From a virus: DNA of 64,000 nucleotides. This document shows, piece by piece, positions 47,238 to 57,485 of this stretch (its first letter is position 1; every line of letters begins with the position of its first letter). A program made the position numbers and the translations under genes. The stretch is taken from the IMG/VR virus record IMGVR_UViG_3300045988_097913; one strand, given 5' to 3'. Below the pieces are notes generated by a model, which saw nothing but the letters and a program-made list of their open reading frames with translations, searched no databases and was not told where the DNA came from.

Positions 47238-48329
47238 TTAGCTGACGGTGATGACACCAGCAATAGCGTTGGTAATGACACCGATACCCCAGCTCTTGTT
47301 AATGGTAGTATTGGTTGTTAGGTCTGCGTCTGCATTGCTATCAACAGTGTTAGAGGTAGTAGCACCCTCTAGGCACAGCTTAACAGGCTTCTGAGCAGAG
47401 GGGCTAATGACATAAATCTTATCATCAGGCAGAGCCAGCTTGTACTGGTCAGCAGCGGCATAATCGGCATACTGAGGCATAACCATTACATCAGTACCAT
47501 AAATGTTGGAGATATAGCCAACACGAACGTAATCGGAATCAACCATCATACGCAGATTAGCAGACTGAGGAAGTAGGTCATGAACAGCACTCATAGTACC
47601 CATCAGAATAGCGGGAGCACGGTTATAAGCAGAAACAGTCTGAATCAGCTTGATAACGCTCTTGTCAGCTAGACCAGCAACGTGTAGAGCCTCTGCGCCA
47701 TTGTCCTTAACATCATCCATGGCGGTAGCAAATGCTAGAGCAATTTCCTTGGTTAGTTCTGCTTCCATAGACAGAACAGCCTTCATCAGGAAACGAGCCA
47801 TAGATTCCTTGCCACACAGAGCCTTGTACTTATTGGAAGAAACAGAAATATTGTGGTTGAAGGGGATGATGGAACGCTGACCAATATCTTCACGCTGGAA
47901 CTCAGTATTACGCTGATTCCGACCAGCCTTGGAGACAATAAACAGGTCGTTAGACTCAACATCAAACTTAAAGCTATCACCAATAGCGCCATTACGCATT
48001 TCGGTGTAGACACTGGTAGTACGGTCTACAAAATCAGGTAGAACCATATCAATGGCTGCATCAATAACGGCCATGTATGCCCACTGGAAGGTGGGATTCT
48101 TAGCCATCATCTCAATGGAGGCAAAAGAATTATTGAAATCCAGACCAGATAGCTTCTTAACTTCTGCCATCAGTAGGTCATTAATCTTCTTCTCCTTCTC
48201 GGCAAAAGAGATAGAGGTGTCAACAGGGCCGTCGTACTGACCACGCTGCTTTGCATAGTCATTAAAATAATCCTTAATCTTTACTTCGGCAGTCATATCG
48301 CCGGAGAAAGCTAGAGTCTTCTCATTCAT
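47238..48329 (-). CDS. major capsid protein
   Basis: 363 aa, higher GC than its neighbours, positioned after protease/scaffold and before the connectors. Confidence 0.6.
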   Translation of the reverse strand: MNEKTLAFSGDMTAEVKIKDYFNDYAKQRGQYDGPVDTSISFAEKEKKINDLLMAEVKKLSGLDFNNSFASIEMMAKNPTFQWAYMAVIDAAIDMVLPDFVDRTTSVYTEMRNGAIGDSFKFDVESNDLFIVSKAGRNQRNTEFQREDIGQRSIIPFNHNISVSSNKYKALCGKESMARFLMKAVLSMEAELTKEIALAFATAMDDVKDNGAEALHVAGLADKSVIKLIQTVSAYNRAPAILMGTMSAVHDLLPQSANLRMMVDSDYVRVGYISNIYGTDVMVMPQYADYAAADQYKLALPDDKIYVISPSAQKPVKLCLEGATTSNTVDSNADADLTTNTTINKSWGIGVITNAIAGVITVS

Positions 48330-48358
48330 AGTATTATTCTCCTTTTCTTAAAATATCA

Positions 48359-48904
48359 TCAAGCTACACAGACAACAAACTTGTAAGCGGTAACTGCCTT
48401 CTTAACTAGGTTGCCATCGCCAATGTGAGCGGTAGTAGCACCCAGTGCCTTTAGATACATACCAGCAGCGGGAGCGGTAGCCTCAGCCTGTGCTTTTAGG
48501 GTGAACTTAGTAGCATCAGGAATTAGGAACTTTGCAGTAGCCATTGCAGTTGCATTAGCTGTGCTAGGAACAATAGTAAGAACATCGTCTTCAATTAGCT
48601 TGAAAGCATCAATAGGATGACCCTTGATATTTACGAAGTCGCGGATATTGTTATCAATACCCTTTAGCTCAGTGCCATCGGGTAGAGTAGTAATAACGAC
48701 TTCGGGGCTAGATGCCATCCATAGATTCTTTGCGTCTGCGGCAGGCTTGCCAGCCTTCCAAACAATCTTGCTATCAGCATCGGTAGAATACTCACTTAGA
48801 GCAAAAACTGCACCGTTGGGTACATCCTCTTCGCATACGACAGTACGGTTCCAGTTATCAACATTTAGAGCCGCATAGCCGTTCTTAATTAGAACATCAT
48901 ACAT
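48359..48904 (-). CDS. capsid-associated protein (decoration/scaffold-like)
   Basis: 181 aa, higher GC than its neighbours, directly upstream of the capsid gene. Confidence 0.4.
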   Translation of the reverse strand: MYDVLIKNGYAALNVDNWNRTVVCEEDVPNGAVFALSEYSTDADSKIVWKAGKPAADAKNLWMASSPEVVITTLPDGTELKGIDNNIRDFVNIKGHPIDAFKLIEDDVLTIVPSTANATAMATAKFLIPDATKFTLKAQAEATAPAAGMYLKALGATTAHIGDGNLVKKAVTAYKFVVCVA

Positions 48905-48934
48905 AGTAAAATTTCCTCCTAAAATTAATAATTT

Positions 48935-50599
48935 TTAATTGTCCCAAATGGAACCAGTAGATTTCTTCTTCTCTCCATAAGGTAGACCAATCTTGTGAAT
49001 GTTGCCAGAGGGAGCACTAACTCGGTCAAACTCTGCGGCTTTTACCATGTTACTCCATGCGGCTACACTATCATATTCGCTAAATTTAGCGATATAAGCA
49101 TTACGTTCATCCTCAGACATTTCAACACCCTTTTCAGAGATTTCGTCTAGGACTTCACACATCTTAACCATATTAGCTTCTTGCTTTTCTTTTTCTTCTG
49201 CTGCAAACTTAAAAGCCTTTAATTCATCATAATCAGACATGGCCTCAAATTTAGCCATATATGCTTCGTTATCCTTTTTCAACTTTTCATTTTCAGCGGT
49301 TAGATTAGAAATTTCAGACATAGCTTCTTCAAGAGACATATTTTCCTTATTGTCATCATCGTCCTTGTCAGACTCATCATGACGCTCATCGGAATCATCA
49401 TCTTTATCGTCTTCATCGTCAGCCATTTTCTTGTCACTGCCCATTTCAGTTTCGCAAGATTCTGTGATGGTTTCGGTTTCGCAAGCCTCTTCAACCTTTT
49501 CCTCGGTCTTTTCTTCGGTTGCTTCTGCCTCTTCGACCTTTGCTTCCTCTTCCTTTTCAGGTTCAGTAGCTTCGGCTTCTGTTACTTTCTTCTCTTCTTC
49601 CACGTTTTCACCCTCGTCCTGTTTATAATCTTCTGCAAAATATTGGTTAAATTCCTCTTCTGAGAAACCAAATTCTGCAAAATTTTCAGTATCTAAACCA
49701 AGTTCATGATAATGTTTCAACAGGTGAGATTTAACATCTCCCTTAACAATGCCTTGCTGTGCCGCTCTTGAGAATGCAGCTTGCAGACCATCTTTATGAA
49801 CAACAAGTTTGCCATCACGAATAACGTGATGAGGATACTTGAATTTAGTAATCTCATAATCATTATCAGAAAAATCACCAATCAAATATGCTTCTTTTAG
49901 CAAGGACTTTGCATTAGACGCTTCTGTAATTGGTTTGAATAGCTTCTGACCGGGATTAGACCACTCGCCACTTGTAGCGGCTTCTTTAGAATTATCAATA
50001 GAAATTTTGTCAGCAAAATTTTCTTTAATATAATTTTCTTTATCCTCAGAGAATTTCATAAGCTGAACATTGCTTCCTTTACAAGCCTCTGCAACTTGGT
50101 CTGACAAAATAGTAATAGCTTGATATTTCCAGCTATAAACATCTGGCTTATCAAATAGGCCATTATCTTGATAATCAGTAGTGGTCATTTCAACAGATAC
50201 TTTCTTTCTGTCATTAGAACTATGAATAATATCAACAATATTTTTGGAATAGTTTTTCCAAATAAGAGCTTTAATAGTCAAGAAATTCTTGTCTCGCTCT
50301 TCATCATATTCAAAGGTGACAGGATTGTTTTCAGAGTAAACAAACCCAACCGGGATTTCTGCCTTAGAGTGAGTACCAATACCGTCATCATTCCAATCAG
50401 TAAACTCAACTACAACAGGAACATTATAAATAGTATTAGCAGTCATTTTAAGAGAATCGAAAGAAATTGGCTGAGTGTGACTATTCTCTTTTTCTGCAAA
50501 TGCACGAATCTTAGTGATAGCAAATCTATCATCATCTTCAATAACATTTACGTCGTCAATACCAAATGTGAAATATAAACTTTTATTCTCCAATCTCAT
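48935..50599 (-). CDS. prohead protease-like domain fused to an acidic coiled-coil scaffold-like region
   Basis: N-terminal GTHSKAEIPVGFV...KKVSVEM resembles HK97-family protease motifs. The middle is extremely acidic (E/D/K) low complexity. The likely start is ATG 50599 after AAGGGGGTG. Confidence 0.45.
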   Translation of the reverse strand: MRLENKSLYFTFGIDDVNVIEDDDRFAITKIRAFAEKENSHTQPISFDSLKMTANTIYNVPVVVEFTDWNDDGIGTHSKAEIPVGFVYSENNPVTFEYDEERDKNFLTIKALIWKNYSKNIVDIIHSSNDRKKVSVEMTTTDYQDNGLFDKPDVYSWKYQAITILSDQVAEACKGSNVQLMKFSEDKENYIKENFADKISIDNSKEAATSGEWSNPGQKLFKPITEASNAKSLLKEAYLIGDFSDNDYEITKFKYPHHVIRDGKLVVHKDGLQAAFSRAAQQGIVKGDVKSHLLKHYHELGLDTENFAEFGFSEEEFNQYFAEDYKQDEGENVEEEKKVTEAEATEPEKEEEAKVEEAEATEEKTEEKVEEACETETITESCETEMGSDKKMADDEDDKDDDSDERHDESDKDDDDNKENMSLEEAMSEISNLTAENEKLKKDNEAYMAKFEAMSDYDELKAFKFAAEEKEKQEANMVKMCEVLDEISEKGVEMSEDERNAYIAKFSEYDSVAAWSNMVKAAEFDRVSAPSGNIHKIGLPYGEKKKSTGSIWDN

Positions 50600-50635
50600 G
50601 TCACCCCCTTTCAATGTCAAATTTAACATATATTA

Positions 50636-50896
50636 TTACTCCATTAGACCAGCCTTAATCAGGTCGTCCACTAGAGAATTGTAAGCGCTCTTTAGAGTAG
50701 CAATTGTAACATTACCATCTAGCTTATCGTGGTGCGCAATCTTAGGCGCATCAATTACATTAGTGACGTTCTGCACATTGGTAGTAGAACCGCCACATTC
50801 ATCAATAGCGTCAGAAATAGCCTGACCGACATTTAAAGACTGAGTTAGACCATTAGAGCTATTTAGAGCCTTAATCACTTCTTTAGATAGTGCCAA
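50636..50896 (-). CDS. hypothetical protein
   Basis: 86-aa ORF between portal and protease. Confidence 0.5.
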   Translation of the reverse strand: MALSKEVIKALNSSNGLTQSLNVGQAISDAIDECGGSTTNVQNVTNVIDAPKIAHHDKLDGNVTIATLKSAYNSLVDDLIKAGLME

Positions 50897-50910
50897 TTAT
50901 ATCACCTCGT

Positions 50911-52578
50911 TTACTCGTTAAATTCCTGTTTGAGTTCATTAGAACCCCTAGCCCAACTTGCTTCCGTAGACTCAGAATCACTCTCAGGTTTTGGTGGTCT
51001 ACCAACGCTACCTTTAGTAAGAGGATTCTCTGGTGGTTTTGTTGTTGTGCCAGTACCAGTTCTAGTTTGCACAGGGGGAGCCAGATATTGATTTAGAGGA
51101 ATAATCATTCCTTTTACATCAAAACAACTCTTAGAAATTTGTAGATGCCTTGTGTACTCGAAAATATTCATATCGTTGCAACGAGCAGCGAGTTGCATAT
51201 CTACGAATCCTATCTTAGAAAAATCATTGAATAGTGCTTTACGTTCTGCCTTTTGGTCTGGAACATTTTCGTCATGGAAACGAATTTTAAACTTATATTT
51301 AGTGGTTCGTTGATTGATGAAAAACTCCATGAAATTAGCAAACATTGGATAAAGCGCTTCAATGGTGTTATTATCAATTGCGGATGCAAGTTTAGACTGG
51401 TGGCTATTCAGCTTTTCAGTACCAAATAGAGCTTCACTAGAAGCAATACTTTGCTTAACAACAGAACTTGCATAATCAACGTCTGAATTAGTGTTTGAAG
51501 TGCTAAAGTCTACTGCCTTAACATCATCAATAGGCAATACAGCCAAACCAATCTGACTATTCAATCCTTTACGAGCAACACCTAAAAATTTACCAATCAT
51601 CTCAGGGGTCATATTAATAGAGTTAGCAACTTGACCACTTTTCTGTTCCTTGTTAAATCCAAGGATACCAACCAAAATTTTAGAAGCATCAATAAAGTAT
51701 TTATCCTGTTGCAGACCTCTAACAACTGGTTGAAAACTTGCGTTTCCAAGAATACCCGAATAATAAGGTAAAATAGTTGCTAGTTCAGGGTCTAATTTAA
51801 AGCACCAGAACCCGTTCTCAGGAGACGTTTGTTGCCAATGCCCAAACCCAGTGTTTCTTGATTGTAAGCGTCTTGCAGGGTCGTATGGTTTAGCAAAATT
51901 CTTCTGGATACGATTTAACATACGCTTAAAGATTGGCGGATACATATCTATATCAACACCATCCATATTAATAAACCAGTTCATATCGAAATCAAATAGG
52001 TATCCATAATCAAAACGACCTGTAATTTTACAAAACTGTTTAGGCAGCTCTTGAATAGTATATCTATCTCCCTCATCACGAAGGACTCCGAACATTACAC
52101 CTTGCCTAAAACACTGACGCAAAGCAGTTGCAAATTCTGCTCGATAATCGAATCTATTGCAAAAATCATCTACAATAGCCAAGTCTTTCTTAAATTCTTT
52201 AGACTTTAGTTCAGATTCTTTTGTAACATTGATTGGGTCGAAAGTAAGGTTAAATGCGGCTAGGTTTGGAAGATATTGTGTCATCCGCTTAAAAGACATA
52301 TTTGTAATTTCAAGCGTCTGGGCATAATTAGAAAGGATTTCTTCTGAATCTTTTGCGTTTTTTAGAGCGTTTTCAATTTCTGTAACAGTTGTGTCTACTT
52401 GTGTTAAATTAATATCCTTTAACCGTCTATTAACAGCGTCGGGTGTATTATAATCGGCGCTTCTATAACTACGGTTGTAAGAATCAGAAAAATTCATGAA
52501 ATAATCATACGCATTTAGAACATCATTAACCTGTTTCTCAGACAACGTTTCTTGTTCAGTTTTCTTTTTTCTTGGCAA
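50911..52578 (-). CDS. portal protein
   Basis: About 555 aa, immediately downstream of TerL. The likely start is TTG 52578, 6 nt after GAGGTG. Confidence 0.6.
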   Translation of the reverse strand: MPRKKKTEQETLSEKQVNDVLNAYDYFMNFSDSYNRSYRSADYNTPDAVNRRLKDINLTQVDTTVTEIENALKNAKDSEEILSNYAQTLEITNMSFKRMTQYLPNLAAFNLTFDPINVTKESELKSKEFKKDLAIVDDFCNRFDYRAEFATALRQCFRQGVMFGVLRDEGDRYTIQELPKQFCKITGRFDYGYLFDFDMNWFINMDGVDIDMYPPIFKRMLNRIQKNFAKPYDPARRLQSRNTGFGHWQQTSPENGFWCFKLDPELATILPYYSGILGNASFQPVVRGLQQDKYFIDASKILVGILGFNKEQKSGQVANSINMTPEMIGKFLGVARKGLNSQIGLAVLPIDDVKAVDFSTSNTNSDVDYASSVVKQSIASSEALFGTEKLNSHQSKLASAIDNNTIEALYPMFANFMEFFINQRTTKYKFKIRFHDENVPDQKAERKALFNDFSKIGFVDMQLAARCNDMNIFEYTRHLQISKSCFDVKGMIIPLNQYLAPPVQTRTGTGTTTKPPENPLTKGSVGRPPKPESDSESTEASWARGSNELKQEFNE

Positions 52579-52608
52579 ACATCTCACCTCGCTTTCTATA
52601 AAAATAAT

Positions 52609-53140
52609 TTAACCAAAGAACGTCCAATCTAATAGACTGTTAGTTTCTTGTTTGTTAATATACTGGTCTTCTAGTAACTTGGCGTACCAAAGACCATAAG
52701 CCAAAGACATAACACGGTCTTTACGATTCCCAGCTTTTTCCTTTAGGTTAATATAGCCCTGAGTAACCACCTGTTCCAAACTAATTGCCTCATCAACAAG
52801 CCGATTAGTTTGTACATAAGGATTCATAAGACGTTTCTTTAAATCCTCGTCTTCAATCTTATAATACTGATAGTTCTTCATCATATAATCAAGACCCTCT
52901 TGACTATCAACAAGTAGATTAACTCGCCCATCAGTAATCAAATCACGCATATTACTGAACATAGCAGACTTCAACTGGATTGGAGTTTTAACAGAATAAA
53001 TTACAGGAACCGCATTTCTATCAATAGTGCGATTAACCATTTTAATATCTTCTGGGTTAACCACTGTCCACGCTGGGTAAGTAACGCCACGATTTTCATC
53101 ATAGGTTTCTGTAGTGGCATAGTCAAAAATAGAAATACCT
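52609..53140 (-). CDS. terL: terminase large subunit, exon 2 (nuclease domain)
   Basis: Frame is open upstream of the track start: (V)GISIFDYATTETYDENRGVTYPAWTVVNPED... continues ...ILDTQG from exon 1. Confidence 0.75.
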
Positions 53141-53401
53141 CATTTATTATCTTTAGAGCTTTTTATCTCTAAATTCTAATACTTATTATTCGCATTAGTT
53201 TAGCATATCTTTTCATCCTAAATTTAAATAGGAGTTGCGGACTCTTGGAGATGTTATATTCTATAAATAGTTTCAATCTCTATGCGTTGTGTGTGTTATA
53301 TATATTATTATATAACTTCCACTCTGATTGGCATTCCAGCCTTCCAGTTTTCTTCCGCAATACTTAATTATATATTACTATATAATTGGCGCAAGCATTT
53401 C
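53141..53401 (-). mobile_element. group I-like intron in terL (261 nt, ORF-less)
   Basis: P1 is GGCGU/GCGCC with U.G at the splice site, and the terminal G is at 53141. Internal 7-bp pairing TTGCGGA/TCCGCAA (P4-like) and an S-like AAGATATGCTA are present. I could not complete the full fold by eye. Confidence 0.65.
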
Positions 53402-54645
53402 ACGCCTTGTGTATCAAGTATCATGTAATCGCATTCAAACTCATAAAATAATTGTTTCATTCTCTTAGTTTGAGCGATTGAGTTTAGACCGTGCATACTA
53501 TCTGCGTATGGCACAATAATTGTATATCTTCCACTATCAGGAATTAACCTAATAATAAAAAATGCAGTATTGTCGTTCTTGCTAGATTCAATAACAGCAA
53601 CGTCCATACATAGTAACCTAATTTCATTAGGTAGTTTTTCTTGATAGTAAGGATATTTTTCTCTACAATCTTTATACTGAATATACTCTTCATCAGACAT
53701 ACAGCAGAATGCCTTAGAGTTAGTTCTAACTCTATCCATCATTTTATATGTGAAATAAGAATTACCAGTGCCACGTTCAGGTATACAGTTATATTCTGCT
53801 TGCAAAATATTTATATTTTCGAGGTTGGACTTGAAAGTGTCTTCAACCTTCTTTTTACTTATAAACCCATTTTTAACACCAAGAACATAACTAACAACTG
53901 TTGCACAATAATCTCTATTACCGTCCGTCATCCAGTCTATATAATCCTCAAATGTTTTATAAGACCATTCATCAGCTCGTCTGATAGAAGATAGATAAAC
54001 TTTCCTTAATTCTTCTTTTTTATATTCTTCTGCTCGTTCTTCTCTTGTTAAATCAAGATACCTTGGTTTTCTTGGGTCGGAAAGCATTGGGTCAAAAACA
54101 CGAGTAATTACTTCTTTTTCTGTACGAACAAATTCATCAACAATAAGTATGTTTGCGCGTAACCCCAATGCATTTTCACTGTACGTCGCAGTAAAAATTG
54201 TAGAACCATTTTTGAACGGAACTTGACATTCATTAACGCCAATCTTAATCTCATCAACTTTGATTTCCTGTTCTAGGTTCTTACTCATTCGCATATACTC
54301 GTAAATCTTCTTAACGAATTGTTTACTCTGTGATTTAACAGGACAAACAACAAGAATTTTGAGACCGGGATAAAGAATCGCCATTTGGCAACAGAAATCT
54401 AACGTCAGAGAAGATTTCGCTATGCCTCTGCTTCCTATAAATATATAGTTTGCTGTATTATTCATTTCCCAAATTAAAACTTTTTGAAAATCATACAATG
54501 GCAAACCTAGATATTCAGTAATAAATCTTTGAGGATTTGCTCTCCAATATCCAACCCATGCTTCAAAATTTTCATTGTATTGCTCTTGAAGTGTAGCACG
54601 TTTTTTCTTTAGTCTTCGGATTGTGATTTTGTCTGACTCTGACAT
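53402..54645 (-). CDS. terL: terminase large subunit, exon 1 (ATPase domain)
   Basis: Walker A is IGSRGIAKSS and Walker B is ILIVDEF. The exon ends ...CDYMILDTQGV, and the track ORF reads through into the intron (KCLRQLYSNI-stop). Confidence 0.8.
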
Positions 54646-55664
54646 TCTTCATCACTCTCCGTTCCAAGAAGTTGAGCCTTACCCTTTTCAATTATATCAA
54701 TACTCCAAGGTTCAAACTCCTTTTCAAATTTTTCAACATATTTATTATTTTTACCCAAAGCCCTTGCAGTACAACCAGCAAATGCATCAAATAACAAATT
54801 AACATTATCTACATCTGCCAATTCAGGGTCAGCTTTTTTAACAGGTCTGAATGTTTCAATATCTTCAATACGCTGACCAACAACCTTAGAATTTTGCACA
54901 GCTCTATTTTGTTTTTCAAGTAAGCCACCATTATTCATAAGTGAAGTTAGAGCGTTTAGTTTCTTTGTAACATCTTCACCATGTTCACGAGCTTTATTAA
55001 TATCAAGAGTTTGATAACAAATCTGTCTAACAATAATATCAATATCTTTGGTGTCAATTTGACCCAGTTTAGACTCCCAATCCATATATTCATTTTGAAG
55101 ATATGCTAGGTCATCATTATCAAATCTTCCCCAAACACTTTGTAGGTATGCTGTACTAAATTCAATGTCTTCGTAATTGTCGTCGTCACCAAGTTCACCA
55201 GTAACTTTCTTAGGACGTTTAATCTTTGTATAGACATCGTAGTTACTAAGACCTTCGATATTGTTTTCACCCTGAGAATCGTCAAAGCTCGAACCCCAAC
55301 CATTTTTATCTGCGAATGCAAGATTCTTTAGATAAATTGGTAATAGGTTTTCTTCTCCACTTAACACAGAGTTTTCATTCTGAGATTCTTTCATAGCCGC
55401 CAAATATGCTTGGTGAATGTACGGAATATCAATTTTTCTACAAGTAAAATAAATAGCGAGGTTTGTATTGCCATTGTATTTTACCAAGTATTCTTTATAA
55501 ATAGACTTGACACAATCCTTACAATATGGTATCTTATTAAAGAACTTATGATATTCATCTTTTGTGGCATTGAAATTATTTTGAACTCCACAGCCACAAC
55601 TAATGCAAATCAGTTTCTTTTTCGTCTCTTCTCCGATTTGTTTCCCCTTTTTAGCAATAGCCAT
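54609..55664 (-). CDS. putative terminase small subunit (zinc-ribbon N-terminus)
   Basis: Directly upstream of and overlapping terL. N-terminal CISCGC...CKDC. Assigned by position. Confidence 0.4.
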   Translation of the reverse strand: MAIAKKGKQIGEETKKKLICISCGCGVQNNFNATKDEYHKFFNKIPYCKDCVKSIYKEYLVKYNGNTNLAIYFTCRKIDIPYIHQAYLAAMKESQNENSVLSGEENLLPIYLKNLAFADKNGWGSSFDDSQGENNIEGLSNYDVYTKIKRPKKVTGELGDDDNYEDIEFSTAYLQSVWGRFDNDDLAYLQNEYMDWESKLGQIDTKDIDIIVRQICYQTLDINKAREHGEDVTKKLNALTSLMNNGGLLEKQNRAVQNSKVVGQRIEDIETFRPVKKADPELADVDNVNLLFDAFAGCTARALGKNNKYVEKFEKEFEPWSIDIIEKGKAQLLGTESDEECQSQTKSQSED

Positions 55665-55676
55665 GTAACCACCACC

Positions 55677-56852
55677 TTAATCCAAACGGATAATATTTAT
55701 AGATTCATAGGGATTATCAGGAGTGACAATATACATAGTCTGGGAAGGGTGGGAAGTAATACGCAAAGACTTGGCATAATTATCTGTACCACAAAGAGAA
55801 CCATTCATAAAAACCATAGTCCCATCAACCTCTTTAGATTCTACATGGTGTTTATGCGCAATAAACATCGCATCATAGAACTTGTGGGTTAAAAGCGTCA
55901 TATTCTGAACTATATCATGAATGCTATCTTTGTCTCCATGAGAGCCTAGATAATTCCAGTTATAAATACTAAATGTTAAAATATCATTATCAAATTCGTT
56001 CTCATTAATATGAATATTATGTACATAGCGCAGAGCGGCCTTTAGATACCAATCAACAAGAAGAGAAAAATTTTCATTTTGCAAGCTATCATATTTATTA
56101 GCCATACAACGAGAATGATTATCAATAACAGAATAATATTCAATATTACAATGTTGAGAAAGCCCATTTAGAAACTCTGCCAAAGCATTAGAAACTTCCA
56201 TTACTTGTTCAATAACATTCTTACGATTCTCAATCCGAATAGTATTATGAATATACCCAGAAATAGCATCGTTTAAATTAATAACATACAGAGTACCAAT
56301 CTTTTCAGAATAAATCTTCTTAACAACTGCGTCAAAAAGTTTGGTCATGCGCTCATGGAAGATTTCAGGATTGTATTTATTAAGATAATTATCAGTTACC
56401 ATACCATAATGGAAATCAGATAGGCACAAAATAGCACTCTTCTCAGTTGATGAAAAGTTACTTTTATTATCATTAAATTCCAAATGGTTCTTGATAACAT
56501 AATCGGATATGTCCTGTTTGAGCATATCAAAACGAGCAATCTTATTAACGTCACGGTTAAGTGCTGCTCTATAATCACGCATCTTGACAGTTTCTAATTT
56601 TACATCTAGTTCTTTGTCCATTAATTTATCCATTTGTTCAGACGGGTCTTTGTTTTTTTGATAATCCATTCCGTCAATGAACGCCATATAATATTTACGA
56701 TAAGCGCTTTCGTCTTTTCTAACACCAGTAGCTTCGAACATAAGGTCACAAATCTTAGTCCAGCTAATACCATAGATATCTTTATTCATGGCTAAACGCA
56801 AACCATATTCCTTATCGGTTTCGTCTTTATGTTTCAGTAGACTATCTTCCAT
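55677..56852 (-). CDS. calcineurin-like metallophosphoesterase-like protein with N-terminal HTH-like region
   Basis: Degenerate motifs in order: LSDFHYG (DxH), NLNDAISG, IDNHSR (GNH-like), GSHGD, IAHKHH (GHxH-like). The likely start is ATG 56852 after AAAGGAG. Confidence 0.45.
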   Translation of the reverse strand: MEDSLLKHKDETDKEYGLRLAMNKDIYGISWTKICDLMFEATGVRKDESAYRKYYMAFIDGMDYQKNKDPSEQMDKLMDKELDVKLETVKMRDYRAALNRDVNKIARFDMLKQDISDYVIKNHLEFNDNKSNFSSTEKSAILCLSDFHYGMVTDNYLNKYNPEIFHERMTKLFDAVVKKIYSEKIGTLYVINLNDAISGYIHNTIRIENRKNVIEQVMEVSNALAEFLNGLSQHCNIEYYSVIDNHSRCMANKYDSLQNENFSLLVDWYLKAALRYVHNIHINENEFDNDILTFSIYNWNYLGSHGDKDSIHDIVQNMTLLTHKFYDAMFIAHKHHVESKEVDGTMVFMNGSLCGTDNYAKSLRITSHPSQTMYIVTPDNPYESINIIRLD

Positions 56853-57062
56853 GTTATCTCCTTTCACTCCGAATAATTCCTTTAATTTCTCGATGACTTT
56901 ATTGCCATCGTTACTACCCTCAAGTATATCTACTCAAGGATAGTTGCCATAGCAATAAACATTTAAAATCAAAGATACTGTATAATACCATAGTATTATC
57001 CCAATACCTTCAATATTTATCGTCGCTGTTTAACGACCTCTAGTCCCTTCGCCCAGCATCAT

Positions 57063-57428
57063 TTAACGGGAGGTTTTTGGTTTTGTGTTTGCAATTTTCC
57101 AAACAATCTTTTCCTTCCAATGTGTCTGATTCTGCTTATAAATATCATTTATAAACTCGTCCACATCTGCAATCTCATTTTCATCTTTTAGTTTCTGTGC
57201 CATTGCCATTGCGGTTGATAAGTCATACTCATGGTGAGCAAGTTCTTGGTTCGCAAATTCTTTAAATTTAGAGAACGCAGAAGAATCTTCCATGTGGGCC
57301 ATCATTTTTTGATAATGTTCTGCCATTTCAAGTTCTTCCATAGAATACTTGATTAATTTCTGAATAATAAATTTCGATTCATTTACAGTCATAATAATCA
57401 CCGTATAAATTAAATTAAAATAATTCAT
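57063..57428 (-). CDS. hypothetical helical protein
   Basis: 121-aa ORF. Confidence 0.45.
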   Translation of the reverse strand: MNYFNLIYTVIIMTVNESKFIIQKLIKYSMEELEMAEHYQKMMAHMEDSSAFSKFKEFANQELAHHEYDLSTAMAMAQKLKDENEIADVDEFINDIYKQNQTHWKEKIVWKIANTKPKTSR

Positions 57429-57443
57429 ACAATGTTATAAAAT

Positions 57444-57477
57444 AAAACAAGACCAGTTATACAACTGGTCTTGTTTT
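57444..57477 (-). terminator. intrinsic terminator after the recombinase gene
   Basis: 15-bp stem AAAACAAGACCAGTT/AACTGGTCTTGTTTT with a 4-nt loop and T-rich flanks on both strands. Confidence 0.75.
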
Positions 57478-57485
57478 CTATGCGT

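Noticed and set aside
56868-57062. 195-nt non-coding gap, considered as a fifth intron or an ncRNA.
   Set aside because: The flanking ORFs are not halves of one protein, and no P/Q/R/S-like elements were seen. It contains short TTGCCAT and ACTCAAG repeats and is more likely a regulatory or promoter region. The evidence is too weak to call.
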